This document shows positions 45,111 through 53,591 of a stretch of DNA of 62,926 nt, piece after piece (position 1 is the stretch's first letter; the number at the start of each line of letters is the position of its first letter). The notes beneath the pieces were generated by a model. It saw only the letters and a program-made list of their open reading frames with translations. It was not told where the DNA came from and searched no databases. The translations under genes and the position numbers were made by a program. The DNA is from a virus (lineage: Duplodnaviria; Caudoviricetes): positions 1 through 62,926 of IMG/VR virus record IMGVR_UViG_3300045008_000062. One strand, written 5' to 3'.

Positions 45111-45340
45111 TGAGCGGCTGTCTTCCCTTCTTCCCGGGCATGACTCCACGGTTCACGATCCGCGTGTGGGACAGGCCCCGGCAGGACGACCTCGCCAGAC
45201 TCCTGGGGGAACCGGCACCGCCCGCTGAGCCCGTTGCGGACATCGAGGTTGATTCCAACGCTGACACGGAGCTGCACTTCAATCACTGGGGGTATGAACT
45301 GATCCCACAGAAGCAGTTGACCGCAGGGGAGCAGCGATGA
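45110..45340 (+). CDS. Array gene 4, hypothetical protein
   Basis: TGATG overlap; ends AGEQR. Confidence 0.65.
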   Translation: MSGCLPFFPGMTPRFTIRVWDRPRQDDLARLLGEPAPPAEPVADIEVDSNADTELHFNHWGYELIPQKQLTAGEQR

Positions 45341-45774
45341 GCGACGCCGATTGGGAGTGCAGCGAGGCGGAGTTTCGCATCCGGTGCGCCGCAGCATCCG
45401 TACGGAAGGAACGAGCGACCGCGCCGCAGTGGCTCACCGACCTACAGCAAGCCACCGACGATTACGTCACCCAGATCCTCAGCGGAAACCCGCCCACCCC
45501 GCCGTGCACCCACCGCTACTGCCGAGACCAGGGCTACGGGCTGTGTATGGGTGTAGCGGGTGCACAGATTGACATGATGGAAGACAACGGACTATCCCGG
45601 CGGGAAAGCGTTCCTGAAGGTGGTCAGTCAGTGGTGAGCGATCCTGCCGACGAGTGCCGCCATGAGCACATCACCACCATGGACTGTCTACCGCCGATCC
45701 ACTGGTGCGTCGACTGCCACCAACAACTCCCGCTTTCTGATCGCGAGAAGCAGCTCTACCGCGACTACACCTGA
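45337..45774 (+). CDS. Array gene 5, hypothetical protein
   Basis: ATGA overlap; two Cys/His clusters. Confidence 0.65.
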   Translation: MSDADWECSEAEFRIRCAAASVRKERATAPQWLTDLQQATDDYVTQILSGNPPTPPCTHRYCRDQGYGLCMGVAGAQIDMMEDNGLSRRESVPEGGQSVVSDPADECRHEHITTMDCLPPIHWCVDCHQQLPLSDREKQLYRDYT

Positions 45775-45775
45775 T

Positions 45776-46114
45776 CTACGGGCATAGGTGTTTCACTGCC
45801 GTGTCCACGATGATCGGGGCCGAGTAGGCGGACGGCATCAACCCTTCCCCGTGACTGAGCCAGTCCACGACCATGGTCTTGGGTTTCCCGCCGGCCAGCT
45901 GGTCGCACACCCACCGCCCGGTTTGCAGGGCTGCGGTGTAGTCCTCGAACTGCCCCCAGCACACGTTCTGCCGGCATTCCCGTGGCCGCTGGTCGTGGTC
46001 GATCATCCCAGCCTGATCCATAGCGGTGATGTACGACGTCTCATCAGCCCGTGCTGGAGCCGCCAGCGCGACTGCTGCGATGCTGATCCCGACTATCCAA
46101 CGCCCTGCCCCCAT
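45776..46114 (-). CDS. Secreted DUF732-like protein
   Basis: Signal peptide ending APARA; 'AL..GR.VC..L..G...AV.HLCP'. Confidence 0.75.
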   Translation of the reverse strand: MGAGRWIVGISIAAVALAAPARADETSYITAMDQAGMIDHDQRPRECRQNVCWGQFEDYTAALQTGRWVCDQLAGGKPKTMVVDWLSHGEGLMPSAYSAPIIVDTAVKHLCP

Positions 46115-46268
46115 GCGTAGAGGGTAGCTGGAATCGGGCCGGTTCTGTCCGGTGTTGTCCCTTGACGCCGTCAAAGCCTCCCACCGTTTCCCCAGTTCGT
46201 CCGAGTTCTTTTCAGTCCTGTCAAGATCGGAGAAATCGTGTCTGACCTGCTAGAACACCGTATCAGCA

Positions 46269-46294
46269 AGGGGTTCGAATCCCCTTAGCTCCAC
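46269..46294 (+). other. attP common core (3' end of host tRNA-Ala)
   Basis: AGGGGTTCGAATCCCCTTAGCTCCAC = T-arm plus acceptor 3' strand of an actinobacterial tRNA-Ala; about 480 bp upstream of the tyrosine integrase. Confidence 0.85.
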
Positions 46295-46371
46295 TTTTGA
46301 CCTGCGGAAACACCCCCCCATTTTGTTAGTCAAACGGTTTGTCAATACGGTGGTCGGGTAAAATTGTCGGC

Positions 46372-46773
46372 ATGAGCCGCCCTGTGCCACTTGAAGCTTT
46401 GCTTGACGAGTCCTTTCGGCGATCGTTTGACGCCCGAACCCGCCCCGGTCTGTGGGGGTGTAGGGAGTGGGCTGGGTCAGTTCAGCGGGGCTACGGGCAA
46501 GTCCAGTGTCAAGGCCGCACCCTGCTGGTGCACCGGGTGGCGTGGATGACACACCACAATCGGCACCTGCCTAGCCGAACGGCCGTTGATCACCTCTGTT
46601 GCAACAAGCTCTGCGTTAACCCGTACCATCTTGAGGCAGTCACTCATCAGGTAAATGGGTGGCGGATCACTGAGCCGCCACCAGGTTGGGTTCCAGTCGC
46701 GAGAGGTAGACGTGTACGCGTCGAAGCCCGCCACCTGTACACGCGCACCGGGAAACCGCGAAGGGTAGCCTGA
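46372..46773 (+). CDS. HNH endonuclease (HNH_3)
   Basis: 'CREWAG....GYG','VHRVAW','VDHLCCNKLCVNPYHLEAVT...N'; TAAAAT 7 nt upstream. Confidence 0.85.
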   Translation: MSRPVPLEALLDESFRRSFDARTRPGLWGCREWAGSVQRGYGQVQCQGRTLLVHRVAWMTHHNRHLPSRTAVDHLCCNKLCVNPYHLEAVTHQVNGWRITEPPPGWVPVARGRRVRVEARHLYTRTGKPRRVA

Positions 46774-47855
46774 TGGCGTCTATCAGGAAGCGCCCTCGGG
46801 GCGACGGAACTGTTAACTACTCCGTGCTGTATGCACTCAACGGCAGGCAGTCATCATTGCCGTTCGACTCGGAGAAAGCCGCCGCGGCATTCAAAGCCGC
46901 AGTCGACGTGCATGGCGCGCAGAAAGCTTTGGAGATGTACGGGCTTTCTATCGGTCCCCGCCGCCGGACCGGGCTGACGGTGGAGCAGTGGGTGAGGCAC
47001 CACATCGACCACCTGACCGGGGTGGAGCAGTACACCAAAGACAAGTATGAGGCGTACCTACGTCGGGACATCGGACCGCACATAGGGGGAAAGGTCCTCA
47101 CGGAATTGTCACGTGACGATATTTCTCGGTGGGTGCAGATGCTTGAGAAAACCCCGCACCGGGGGAGGTTGCCCGCCCCTAAGACGGTGAAGAACAAAGT
47201 GCAGTTCCTCGCTGGGGCTTTGAACGCTGCCGTGAAGGCGGGAAAGATCCCCTCTAACCCAGCCGCTGACGCCCGCATCACCCGCACCGGAGACATCCAC
47301 GAGCACAGATACCTGACCCGCCTGGAGTTCGACCTCCTCCTAGAGTCCACGACGGAGTACTGGCGGCCCATGGTGGAGTTCCTGGTTCGCACGGGTTTCC
47401 GGTGGGGTGAAGCGTCAGCGCTGAAACCGTCCGACGTCAACATGGACGAGGGGACGGTGAAGGTTGCGCGGGCATGGAAGAAGGACTCCACCGGCTACCG
47501 GATCGGCCCCCCGAAAACCCGTAAGTCGAACCGCACGATCAAAGTGTCGAAGAAGGTTCTTGAAAAGCTCGACTACTCGAATGAGTGGCTGTTCGTGAAC
47601 CGAGACGGCGGACCGGTGAGGTACCACGGGTTCAAGGGCAGGGTGTGGGACAAGGCGGTGAAGAAAGCCAAGCTGGAGCCCAAACCCACCCCGCACGATT
47701 TAAGACATACCCATGCGTCGTGGCTGCTGAACGACAACGTTCCGATGGCGGTGGTGTCCCGCCGGTTGGGCCACGAAACCATCGGCATCACCGTCGACCT
47801 GTACGGGCATATCGACAAGTCCAGCGACGAAGCTGCGGCCGAGGTAGCCGGCTGA
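46773..47855 (+). CDS. int: Tyrosine integrase
   Basis: TGFRWGE, PKT, HDLRH, LGH, LYGH catalytic motifs. Confidence 0.95.
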   Translation: MASIRKRPRGDGTVNYSVLYALNGRQSSLPFDSEKAAAAFKAAVDVHGAQKALEMYGLSIGPRRRTGLTVEQWVRHHIDHLTGVEQYTKDKYEAYLRRDIGPHIGGKVLTELSRDDISRWVQMLEKTPHRGRLPAPKTVKNKVQFLAGALNAAVKAGKIPSNPAADARITRTGDIHEHRYLTRLEFDLLLESTTEYWRPMVEFLVRTGFRWGEASALKPSDVNMDEGTVKVARAWKKDSTGYRIGPPKTRKSNRTIKVSKKVLEKLDYSNEWLFVNRDGGPVRYHGFKGRVWDKAVKKAKLEPKPTPHDLRHTHASWLLNDNVPMAVVSRRLGHETIGITVDLYGHIDKSSDEAAAEVAG

Positions 47856-47856
47856 A

Positions 47857-48183
47857 TCATGGCCCCCATATCTCGCTGACGATCGCCCGACCGCTGGTTA
47901 TGTGGCAGCCGTAGGTCACTCTGACGGGGGCGTTGAACCCGTTCACGGTGCGGACCTGGCCGCGTACCTCCGCTGGTTGGCCGCCTTCGGCTGGACGGTA
48001 GGTGCGGTGGTCGAACTCGGCTACGTCGGGATGTTTTAGCCGCGAAAGCACCGCTGTTTCGCAGGCTGATTGCGCGTCCACTTTCGCGCTGGCGCGGTCC
48101 CAATCTTCACCGCACCCGCAGAGGAGCGCGAGCACAGTCAGTGTCAGCGCCACTGTACGTAATTGCGAAAACAACGATTTCAC
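47857..48183 (-). CDS. Putative lipoprotein
   Basis: Signal peptide with LCGC lipobox; 'C..AV..RLK.P..AEF...NGFNA' domain; start uncertain. Confidence 0.65.
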   Translation of the reverse strand: MKSLFSQLRTVALTLTVLALLCGCGEDWDRASAKVDAQSACETAVLSRLKHPDVAEFDHRTYRPAEGGQPAEVRGQVRTVNGFNAPVRVTYGCHITSGRAIVSEIWGP

Positions 48184-48408
48184 CCCTAGTTGGCGAACGG
48201 ATCGGACACCGAAACCGCGGCAGGAAACTGTTTCCGTAGGAAAATGGCATTCCGTGGCATCGACTGACAACCGGTGGGCACCCTCGTAACCGCACGTTCA
48301 CTTTCACGGTAATCAATTGGCTGCCGGGGAGGCAGCCCCAACGAGGGGGCCACAGTGGACACACATCCCATGCCGCACATACAGAGGGAACCCACCGGCT
48401 CGCTGTCA

Positions 48409-48978
48409 CTACGACGCCGTATCCGATCCCTCATCATCGACATCCCCCCCTCCACCTGGACTCCCGCCGAGGCCGCCCGTGTCCTCGGAGTGCTCTCCGA
48501 GATCAGGAGTGATCGACTTCGTAACGGTAACGTCGTCTATCTCAGGCGGCGACAGGGCCGCTAGATCCTCCTTCTCTTTACTCGCTTTGCTCGATGCTCC
48601 CGCCGACGCGTTAGCTTCCAGGACATTGCGTTCTCCTCTCATCCGGCGCCGAATCTCGGCAATTAGTTCATCGTCTGTGGCCCGCTGAAGCGGGCCGGGT
48701 GGAGGTTGATGGTTGTACTCATCGGTGCCGAAGCCTGCGATCCGCAGGGCTTCGGACACGTCCCAGTCGACGGCCTTGGCCGCGGCGATGACGGTCGCGG
48801 CAGTGGTGCCGATGGGGATGTCCTGGCCGCGCATGCGTTGGTAGCCCGACTCGAGTTGGTACCAGCGCCCTGAGCTGATCGCGCCGTGCGTGCGTCGTGC
48901 GGCTGCGCGGACGGCGAGCCCGGCTTTTAGGCGGGCAGCTTTCAAGGCTGGTCCCAGTGGCCAGTCAGGTCTGCTCAT
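48409..48978 (-). CDS. Immunity repressor (XRE-type HTH)
   Basis: 'GLAVRAAARR...ISSGRWYQLESG','ATDDELIAEIRRRM'; divergent from Cro. Confidence 0.85.
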   Translation of the reverse strand: MSRPDWPLGPALKAARLKAGLAVRAAARRTHGAISSGRWYQLESGYQRMRGQDIPIGTTAATVIAAAKAVDWDVSEALRIAGFGTDEYNHQPPPGPLQRATDDELIAEIRRRMRGERNVLEANASAGASSKASKEKEDLAALSPPEIDDVTVTKSITPDLGEHSEDTGGLGGSPGGGGDVDDEGSDTAS

Positions 48979-49145
48979 GATTCATATCGTGGCCCGCGAA
49001 CAGGTGCGAAGTCTACTTTTCGCAAGGCGGACCACCTTCGCAATTACACCAAGGTAACTTTCGAACATTGCAGGTCAGCGCCGTGCAACACGCAAACAAG
49101 GGCGAACCCTTGCCATTCGCACGTGTTCGCAGTACAGTTCGCAGC
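48979..49145. promoter_or_regulatory. Lysis/lysogeny switch: divergent promoters with 15-bp operators
   Basis: TTGCCA(49110)-17 bp-TACAGT(49133); GCGAACAGGTGCGAA 48996-49010 is an inverted copy of TTCGCACGTGTTCGC 49116-49130. Confidence 0.75.
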
Positions 49146-49409
49146 ATGACGAAAACCCGATTCGGGGTCTGGCACTCACTCCGAGTGGTCCGGGAACGGT
49201 CCGGTTGGGCATCAGCCGACCTCGCCCGCAAGACGGTCCTCAACGAGAAGCCCATGAGCCCCGGCTACCTGTCCGATCTGGAAAACGGCAAGCGGTGGCC
49301 CAACGCCAAAGTCATCAAGGCCCTGGCCCTCGCGCTCAACGTTCCGTACACGGTGCTGGAGCGGCACGACCACCCCGACGACCACCCCGACGAGAACGCC
49401 GCCGCATAA
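49146..49409 (+). CDS. Cro-like HTH protein
   Basis: 'LRVVRERSG...DLARK...SPGYLSDLENGKRWP...IKALALALNVP'. Confidence 0.85.
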   Translation: MTKTRFGVWHSLRVVRERSGWASADLARKTVLNEKPMSPGYLSDLENGKRWPNAKVIKALALALNVPYTVLERHDHPDDHPDENAAA

Positions 49410-49465
49410 GAAAGGCCCCCCGCAGGACAAGTGCGGAGGGCCGCCGACAGAGAGGAAACATCTCA

Positions 49466-50344
49466 GTGTCAGAACTACAGCTTACCGGTGATGGGTCACC
49501 GTTCGATGCCATCAGGCGGGTGACACCGGAGGGCCGCGAATATTGGTCGGCCCGCGAACTGATGCCGCTGCTGGGGTACGAGAAGTGGGAACGGTTCGCC
49601 GACGCCATCGACCGAGCCAAGATCGCCGCCCACAACTCCGGCTATGTAGTCGCCGAGCAATTTCCCGCCTCCGGGAAAAAGGTCGAACTGGGCAGCGGAG
49701 CGCAGCGCACGCTCCACGACTATCACCTGTCCCGGTACGCCTGCTACCTCGTCGCAATGTCCAGTGATGCCCGCAAGCCCGAGGTCGCCGCCGCGCTGAC
49801 GTACTTCGCCATCAAGACCCGCGAAGCCGAGACGCGCCCAGCCCTCCCAGACATCACCACCCCGGACGGCCTGCTGGCTCTCACTCAGATGTTCAGCGAC
49901 ACCGCTAAGCAGCTCGTCGCCGAGCAATCCAAGTCGAAGGTGCTCGAAGCGGCAATTGAAAAGTCGGCCCCCCTCGTCGCGAAGGCGGAAGCCCACACCG
50001 GTTCCGATTCCGATGTTCACCGGCAGGAGTTCGCCCGGGAAGTGATGGCGTGGGGGCAGAAGCAGAACGTCGACATCAAGCAAGCCGACGTGATGCGGTT
50101 CCTCGGACATATCGGGTTGTTCATCCGCGGGGAGCGTTCCGATACGGGTCACGCCACCGCCGATGCGCAGCGCCGTGGGCTGGCATTCACCCACAAGGAC
50201 GTGGCGCGTAACGGATACGCCTACGCCACAGGGAAGCTCACCCCGGCCGGGCAGGACTACGCGTGGAAGCGCATCACCAAATACGTCGGCGATCACGGGA
50301 CGTTGGAACTGCCGCGCGAACTGCGAGGTGGTGATCCGGCATGA
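49466..50344 (+). CDS. Antirepressor (BRO-N/DinD-like N-terminus)
   Basis: 'SPFDAIR...EYWSARELMPLLGYEKW','DYHLSRYACYLVAM','YFAIKTREAE'; C-terminal 'LTPAGQDY'. Confidence 0.88.
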   Translation: MSELQLTGDGSPFDAIRRVTPEGREYWSARELMPLLGYEKWERFADAIDRAKIAAHNSGYVVAEQFPASGKKVELGSGAQRTLHDYHLSRYACYLVAMSSDARKPEVAAALTYFAIKTREAETRPALPDITTPDGLLALTQMFSDTAKQLVAEQSKSKVLEAAIEKSAPLVAKAEAHTGSDSDVHRQEFAREVMAWGQKQNVDIKQADVMRFLGHIGLFIRGERSDTGHATADAQRRGLAFTHKDVARNGYAYATGKLTPAGQDYAWKRITKYVGDHGTLELPRELRGGDPA

Positions 50345-50655
50345 GCGCGCCCAACGAGACCCTCCGCAACTATGTCACGAGCGTCGGATTCTCTCTGACG
50401 CTAAGCAAGGCGCAGATCGAACTGCTCGTCCTGCTGGACCACTTCGGTAGCCATGCCGCGCTACATCGGGCTGGCCGAAGCCCTTCCATGTACGTGCCAA
50501 CCATTCGGGCACTTGATCATCGTGGCCTGACCGACATCCGATCCACGGACGGCATTCTCACAAAGGCTGGCCGGTTGGCGTGCGAATTATTACGTGAGGC
50601 GGGCATGTACGCAGAGGTACTTGAACGCAAAGGGATTGAGCCGGTGGCCGCATGA
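50341..50655 (+). CDS. Hypothetical winged-helix-like protein
   Basis: ATGA overlap; 'L..RGL.......LTKAG'. Confidence 0.6.
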   Translation: MSAPNETLRNYVTSVGFSLTLSKAQIELLVLLDHFGSHAALHRAGRSPSMYVPTIRALDHRGLTDIRSTDGILTKAGRLACELLREAGMYAEVLERKGIEPVAA

Positions 50656-50990
50656 AGTTCTCTGGCGACTACCTCTACCGAGTCCGGATCACGAGATACC
50701 CGGACGGCGCATGGCAGCCCATCACCGCCATTGACCCGGACCACCCCGAGGACGCTATTTGGATACCAACGCCCGGTTGGCGCCCTCCCGGTTGGCGGCC
50801 TCAGGGTGACTACGTCCGCCTCCACGGAACCGACGAGTTTGTGTGGCCCACCACCACTCACGTGTGGGGTAGCTACTCGACGGCGAAACGTCGCGCTGAT
50901 CTCATCGAATCATTCGGAGCGACAGCCGTTGTTGAACGATCCAGCCGAATCGTCTGGCCCGATCCGGATGGGGAGGTGTTGGCGGCATGA
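50652..50990 (+). CDS. Hypothetical protein
   Basis: ATGA overlap. Confidence 0.7.
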   Translation: MKFSGDYLYRVRITRYPDGAWQPITAIDPDHPEDAIWIPTPGWRPPGWRPQGDYVRLHGTDEFVWPTTTHVWGSYSTAKRRADLIESFGATAVVERSSRIVWPDPDGEVLAA

Positions 50991-51583
50991 GCGTCGACAA
51001 GGCCTCGCCTAGCCGTGGCGCATGGCGTCCAATAATGCCGCGTAAGGCTAAAGCCATTCTCCTGGATGCCCGCGAACTGTCCTCCGAGTATGGCTGGACG
51101 GACGAAGCCCTCGCGTCAGTTCACGCAGCCCGCGATGCTGGGTGGACTTTGCAGGAGATTGGGGATGTTCTCGGTTGCACACGCGAATACGTGAGGCAAC
51201 TGTACGAGAAGGATGTAGACCCCGCCGTCGAGGTAGTTGGCTTTCCACAGAAACCGAAACGGCCGAAAGCTCCGAAGGCGATCCCAGGTCACGTATTACG
51301 CCGAGGGCTTGTATCCCCCGAAGAGATCGTCGAGTTAGCGGAGTTGCAGAAGGTGGCGAGCCGCCGCCGAAGTAATGGCAACCCGGCGGCTGTGCTTGCC
51401 GCAGAAGAACTATGGCGGCGCGTGAATGACCTGGTCGATATCGGCGTTCCGCACACTTGGCTGTCCAGGCAGATGGGAATGTCCGCTGGAGCTGTGAGAT
51501 TCGGCCTAGCGCGCTATGGGTACCGACCAGGCCCCCCATCCCAGACGCGGCGGCGCACCGGAAGTGTCGGTGATCCCGCATGA
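50987..51583 (+). CDS. HTH DNA-binding protein
   Basis: 'GWTLQEIGDVLGCTREYVRQL' sigma-4-like HTH; second HTH near the C-terminus. Confidence 0.75.
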   Translation: MSVDKASPSRGAWRPIMPRKAKAILLDARELSSEYGWTDEALASVHAARDAGWTLQEIGDVLGCTREYVRQLYEKDVDPAVEVVGFPQKPKRPKAPKAIPGHVLRRGLVSPEEIVELAELQKVASRRRSNGNPAAVLAAEELWRRVNDLVDIGVPHTWLSRQMGMSAGAVRFGLARYGYRPGPPSQTRRRTGSVGDPA

Positions 51584-51840
51584 CTCGCACGTATTCCCTT
51601 TCTGAGGTAGCGGCGATGGTGTTGCCGCCAGAGTGGAAGCAGCCAGAACTGTGGTTGATGCGCCGGCTGCGGCGCGGGGAGATCTGCGGCTACAAGGTGG
51701 GGCATTCGTGGCGGATGCGGCAAGCCGATGTGGACGCCCTGATTGAGACGTATCTGAACACCCACACCGTAGAGGTTGTGGAGCCGGTGTCGGTGCTGGA
51801 GGGGCTTTCGGCAAGGGCGAAAAGGAGATTGGCGTCGTGA
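51580..51840 (+). CDS. Excisionase-like HTH protein
   Basis: 'YSLSEVA...LRRGEI.GYKVGHSWRM...DVDALI'. Confidence 0.75.
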   Translation: MTRTYSLSEVAAMVLPPEWKQPELWLMRRLRRGEICGYKVGHSWRMRQADVDALIETYLNTHTVEVVEPVSVLEGLSARAKRRLAS

Positions 51841-51922
51841 CTTATCTGCCGTGGATCTTTGTGTCGTGGTTGTTGTGGTCTGCGCTCCTGCTTGGGGGCT
51901 GGGCGTTGAGGAGGGGTTTGTG

Positions 51923-52123
51923 ATGGGGGAAGCACTGTTTTGGTTGGGCGGTGCCAGTCTGTTGGCGTTGTTTGTGTTGCGTGGCGCGTTCAGTGCTGGC
52001 CAGGTTTCGGTGCGGCACAACGTGATCCTGGAGCGCACGGACAGGGATGTGGCTGTGGCTGACGCTGCGGAGCATCTGTCGGGGGTGTGGGCTGATGAGG
52101 ATTACCGGGAGGTGACACCGTGA
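51923..52123 (+). CDS. Small membrane protein
   Basis: TGATG overlap with upstream 28-aa TM peptide 51837..51923; N-terminal TM. Confidence 0.55.
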   Translation: MGEALFWLGGASLLALFVLRGAFSAGQVSVRHNVILERTDRDVAVADAAEHLSGVWADEDYREVTP

Positions 52124-52557
52124 TCGACATCGTGGAGCGGGCGAAAGCAGCCCTAGAAGGTGTGACTGAAGGTCCGTGGGACGCGAATGAGGCGTTTGGT
52201 GCGTCGTTCGTTTGTGCTGGCGACAGGACGGCTTCCATCTCCCGGTCCTCGGTTGTTCGAATGGATAACCGGCCCGGACGTCGGCAGGATCACATAGACG
52301 CCGAGTTCATCGCTGCTGCCCGCGATTTGGTTCCTGAGTTGGTGGCCGAGGTAGAGAGACTGCGGTCGTACCGCTCGATTCCTCCGGGCATGGTTTGGCA
52401 GGACTATTACTCGCCAGACGAGGTGATCAAGGTTCGGAAGCCGCTGGACGATGAGATCGAGCGGCTACGCACCGAGAATAAGCGGCTACGCAGCGTGGTC
52501 ATGGATGCCGCCATCTCCCAGCATCGGGAAGCGTTGAAAGGCATGCCCGATGACTAA
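52120..52557 (+). CDS. Hypothetical protein (Ead/Ea22-like)
   Basis: 'T.GPW','DAEFIAAARDLVPELVAEVERLR'. Confidence 0.7.
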   Translation: MIDIVERAKAALEGVTEGPWDANEAFGASFVCAGDRTASISRSSVVRMDNRPGRRQDHIDAEFIAAARDLVPELVAEVERLRSYRSIPPGMVWQDYYSPDEVIKVRKPLDDEIERLRTENKRLRSVVMDAAISQHREALKGMPDD

Positions 52558-52713
52558 CTCCGCTGCCGCCTCCGTGCTCAACGCCCTAGCTGTTTTGGAT
52601 GCGGAGGTGATGTGTCGTGAGGCCGAGCATCAACGCGTACTAGATGAGAACCGGGAGTTACAGGTGCGGGTGGCGGAGTTGACCGAGCAGATACGAGAAC
52701 TCGAGGGGGAAAA

Positions 52714-53376
52714 GTGATCACGTCGCCCCTGCGGTCTGTGCGGTATCTGGCCGAGGCCATGATGTCTTTGGCGAAGTGGGCTGTAGGGGAGGCTGTCGCC
52801 GAGATCGATTACCGGCTGGTGCAGTTGGATTACCGGCTGCAACCCTCGCATGTTCGGCAGGGGTGGGCGGCGGAGCTGGCTGACATCGAGGCTGGCATTG
52901 ATGTCCACGAGCCGAATGCCCCGTATCTGCAGTGGGGTGGACCCGAAACCTGGCCGCAAACCGTAGATGACGGTCGATGCCACGGCTGTGGACGGTGGTT
53001 CATGCACACCGACGACTGCCCTGGAGATCCCCCGTATTGCAATAGGTGTGGGTATCCGCACCCGACCACGCAGACCTGTTTGCGTGACCAGTCGTCTCCG
53101 GTAGTGCCCCCCACTGCTACCGGTGACCGTCCTGCTGGGGTTGTAGCTGATCCCCCCTCAGCTCCCCCAGCAGGACACCCCTACTACGAAGTGTTTGTGC
53201 CCGAAGAAGATCGAGTACCGACGAGTGAGCTGCTGCGCTGGGGAGCGGTTTGCGCAGATGTGCTAGCAGATATGACCGCTGAACAGCATCGTGGCGGGCG
53301 GAACCCCTATCGACTGGACGCTGCCGCCATGCGGAACCGAGCAGACGCATTTCAGGCCATCGAGAACACCACGTAA
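52714..53376 (+). CDS. Hypothetical protein
   Basis: Long ORF in the early operon. Confidence 0.6.
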   Translation: MITSPLRSVRYLAEAMMSLAKWAVGEAVAEIDYRLVQLDYRLQPSHVRQGWAAELADIEAGIDVHEPNAPYLQWGGPETWPQTVDDGRCHGCGRWFMHTDDCPGDPPYCNRCGYPHPTTQTCLRDQSSPVVPPTATGDRPAGVVADPPSAPPAGHPYYEVFVPEEDRVPTSELLRWGAVCADVLADMTAEQHRGGRNPYRLDAAAMRNRADAFQAIENTT

Positions 53377-53591
53377 GGCGGTGGCTCACCCGCCTATAAC
53401 AGGTGAGCCACCTAACTCAGCAGGAACACCAACAACAGAAAGAGGTTCCAGTGAGCACATCAAGACTATCCGACGACCCGAGTGGGTGGAGTGACGACCG
53501 CCTCGAAGCCCACAGCTACGACCTGTGCGAGATCCCCAGAAACCTGAACGGCTACCTGGCCCAAGAGGGCTTCGAACCGGAGGTGATCTGA

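Larger units (their letters stand above)
44643..45343 (+). repeat. Four gene-junction repeats (GGTCGGTGCGGGAGAT)GGAGCAG..RTGAGCG
   Basis: 24-bp identity at 44643-44666 and 44942-44965; shorter copies at 45096-45116 and 45328-45343. Confidence 0.9.

Noticed and set aside
44643-45343. CRISPR array
   Set aside because: Spacing is 150-300 bp and irregular, the repeats are coding and non-palindromic, and no cas genes are visible.
46269-46294. Fourth tRNA gene
   Set aside because: Only the T-arm and acceptor 3' strand are present; the upstream sequence cannot form D or anticodon arms. Interpreted as the attP core.
46269-48978. Integration-dependent immunity system (attP inside the repressor gene)
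   Set aside because: The att core is more than 2 kb from the repressor and not within its ORF.
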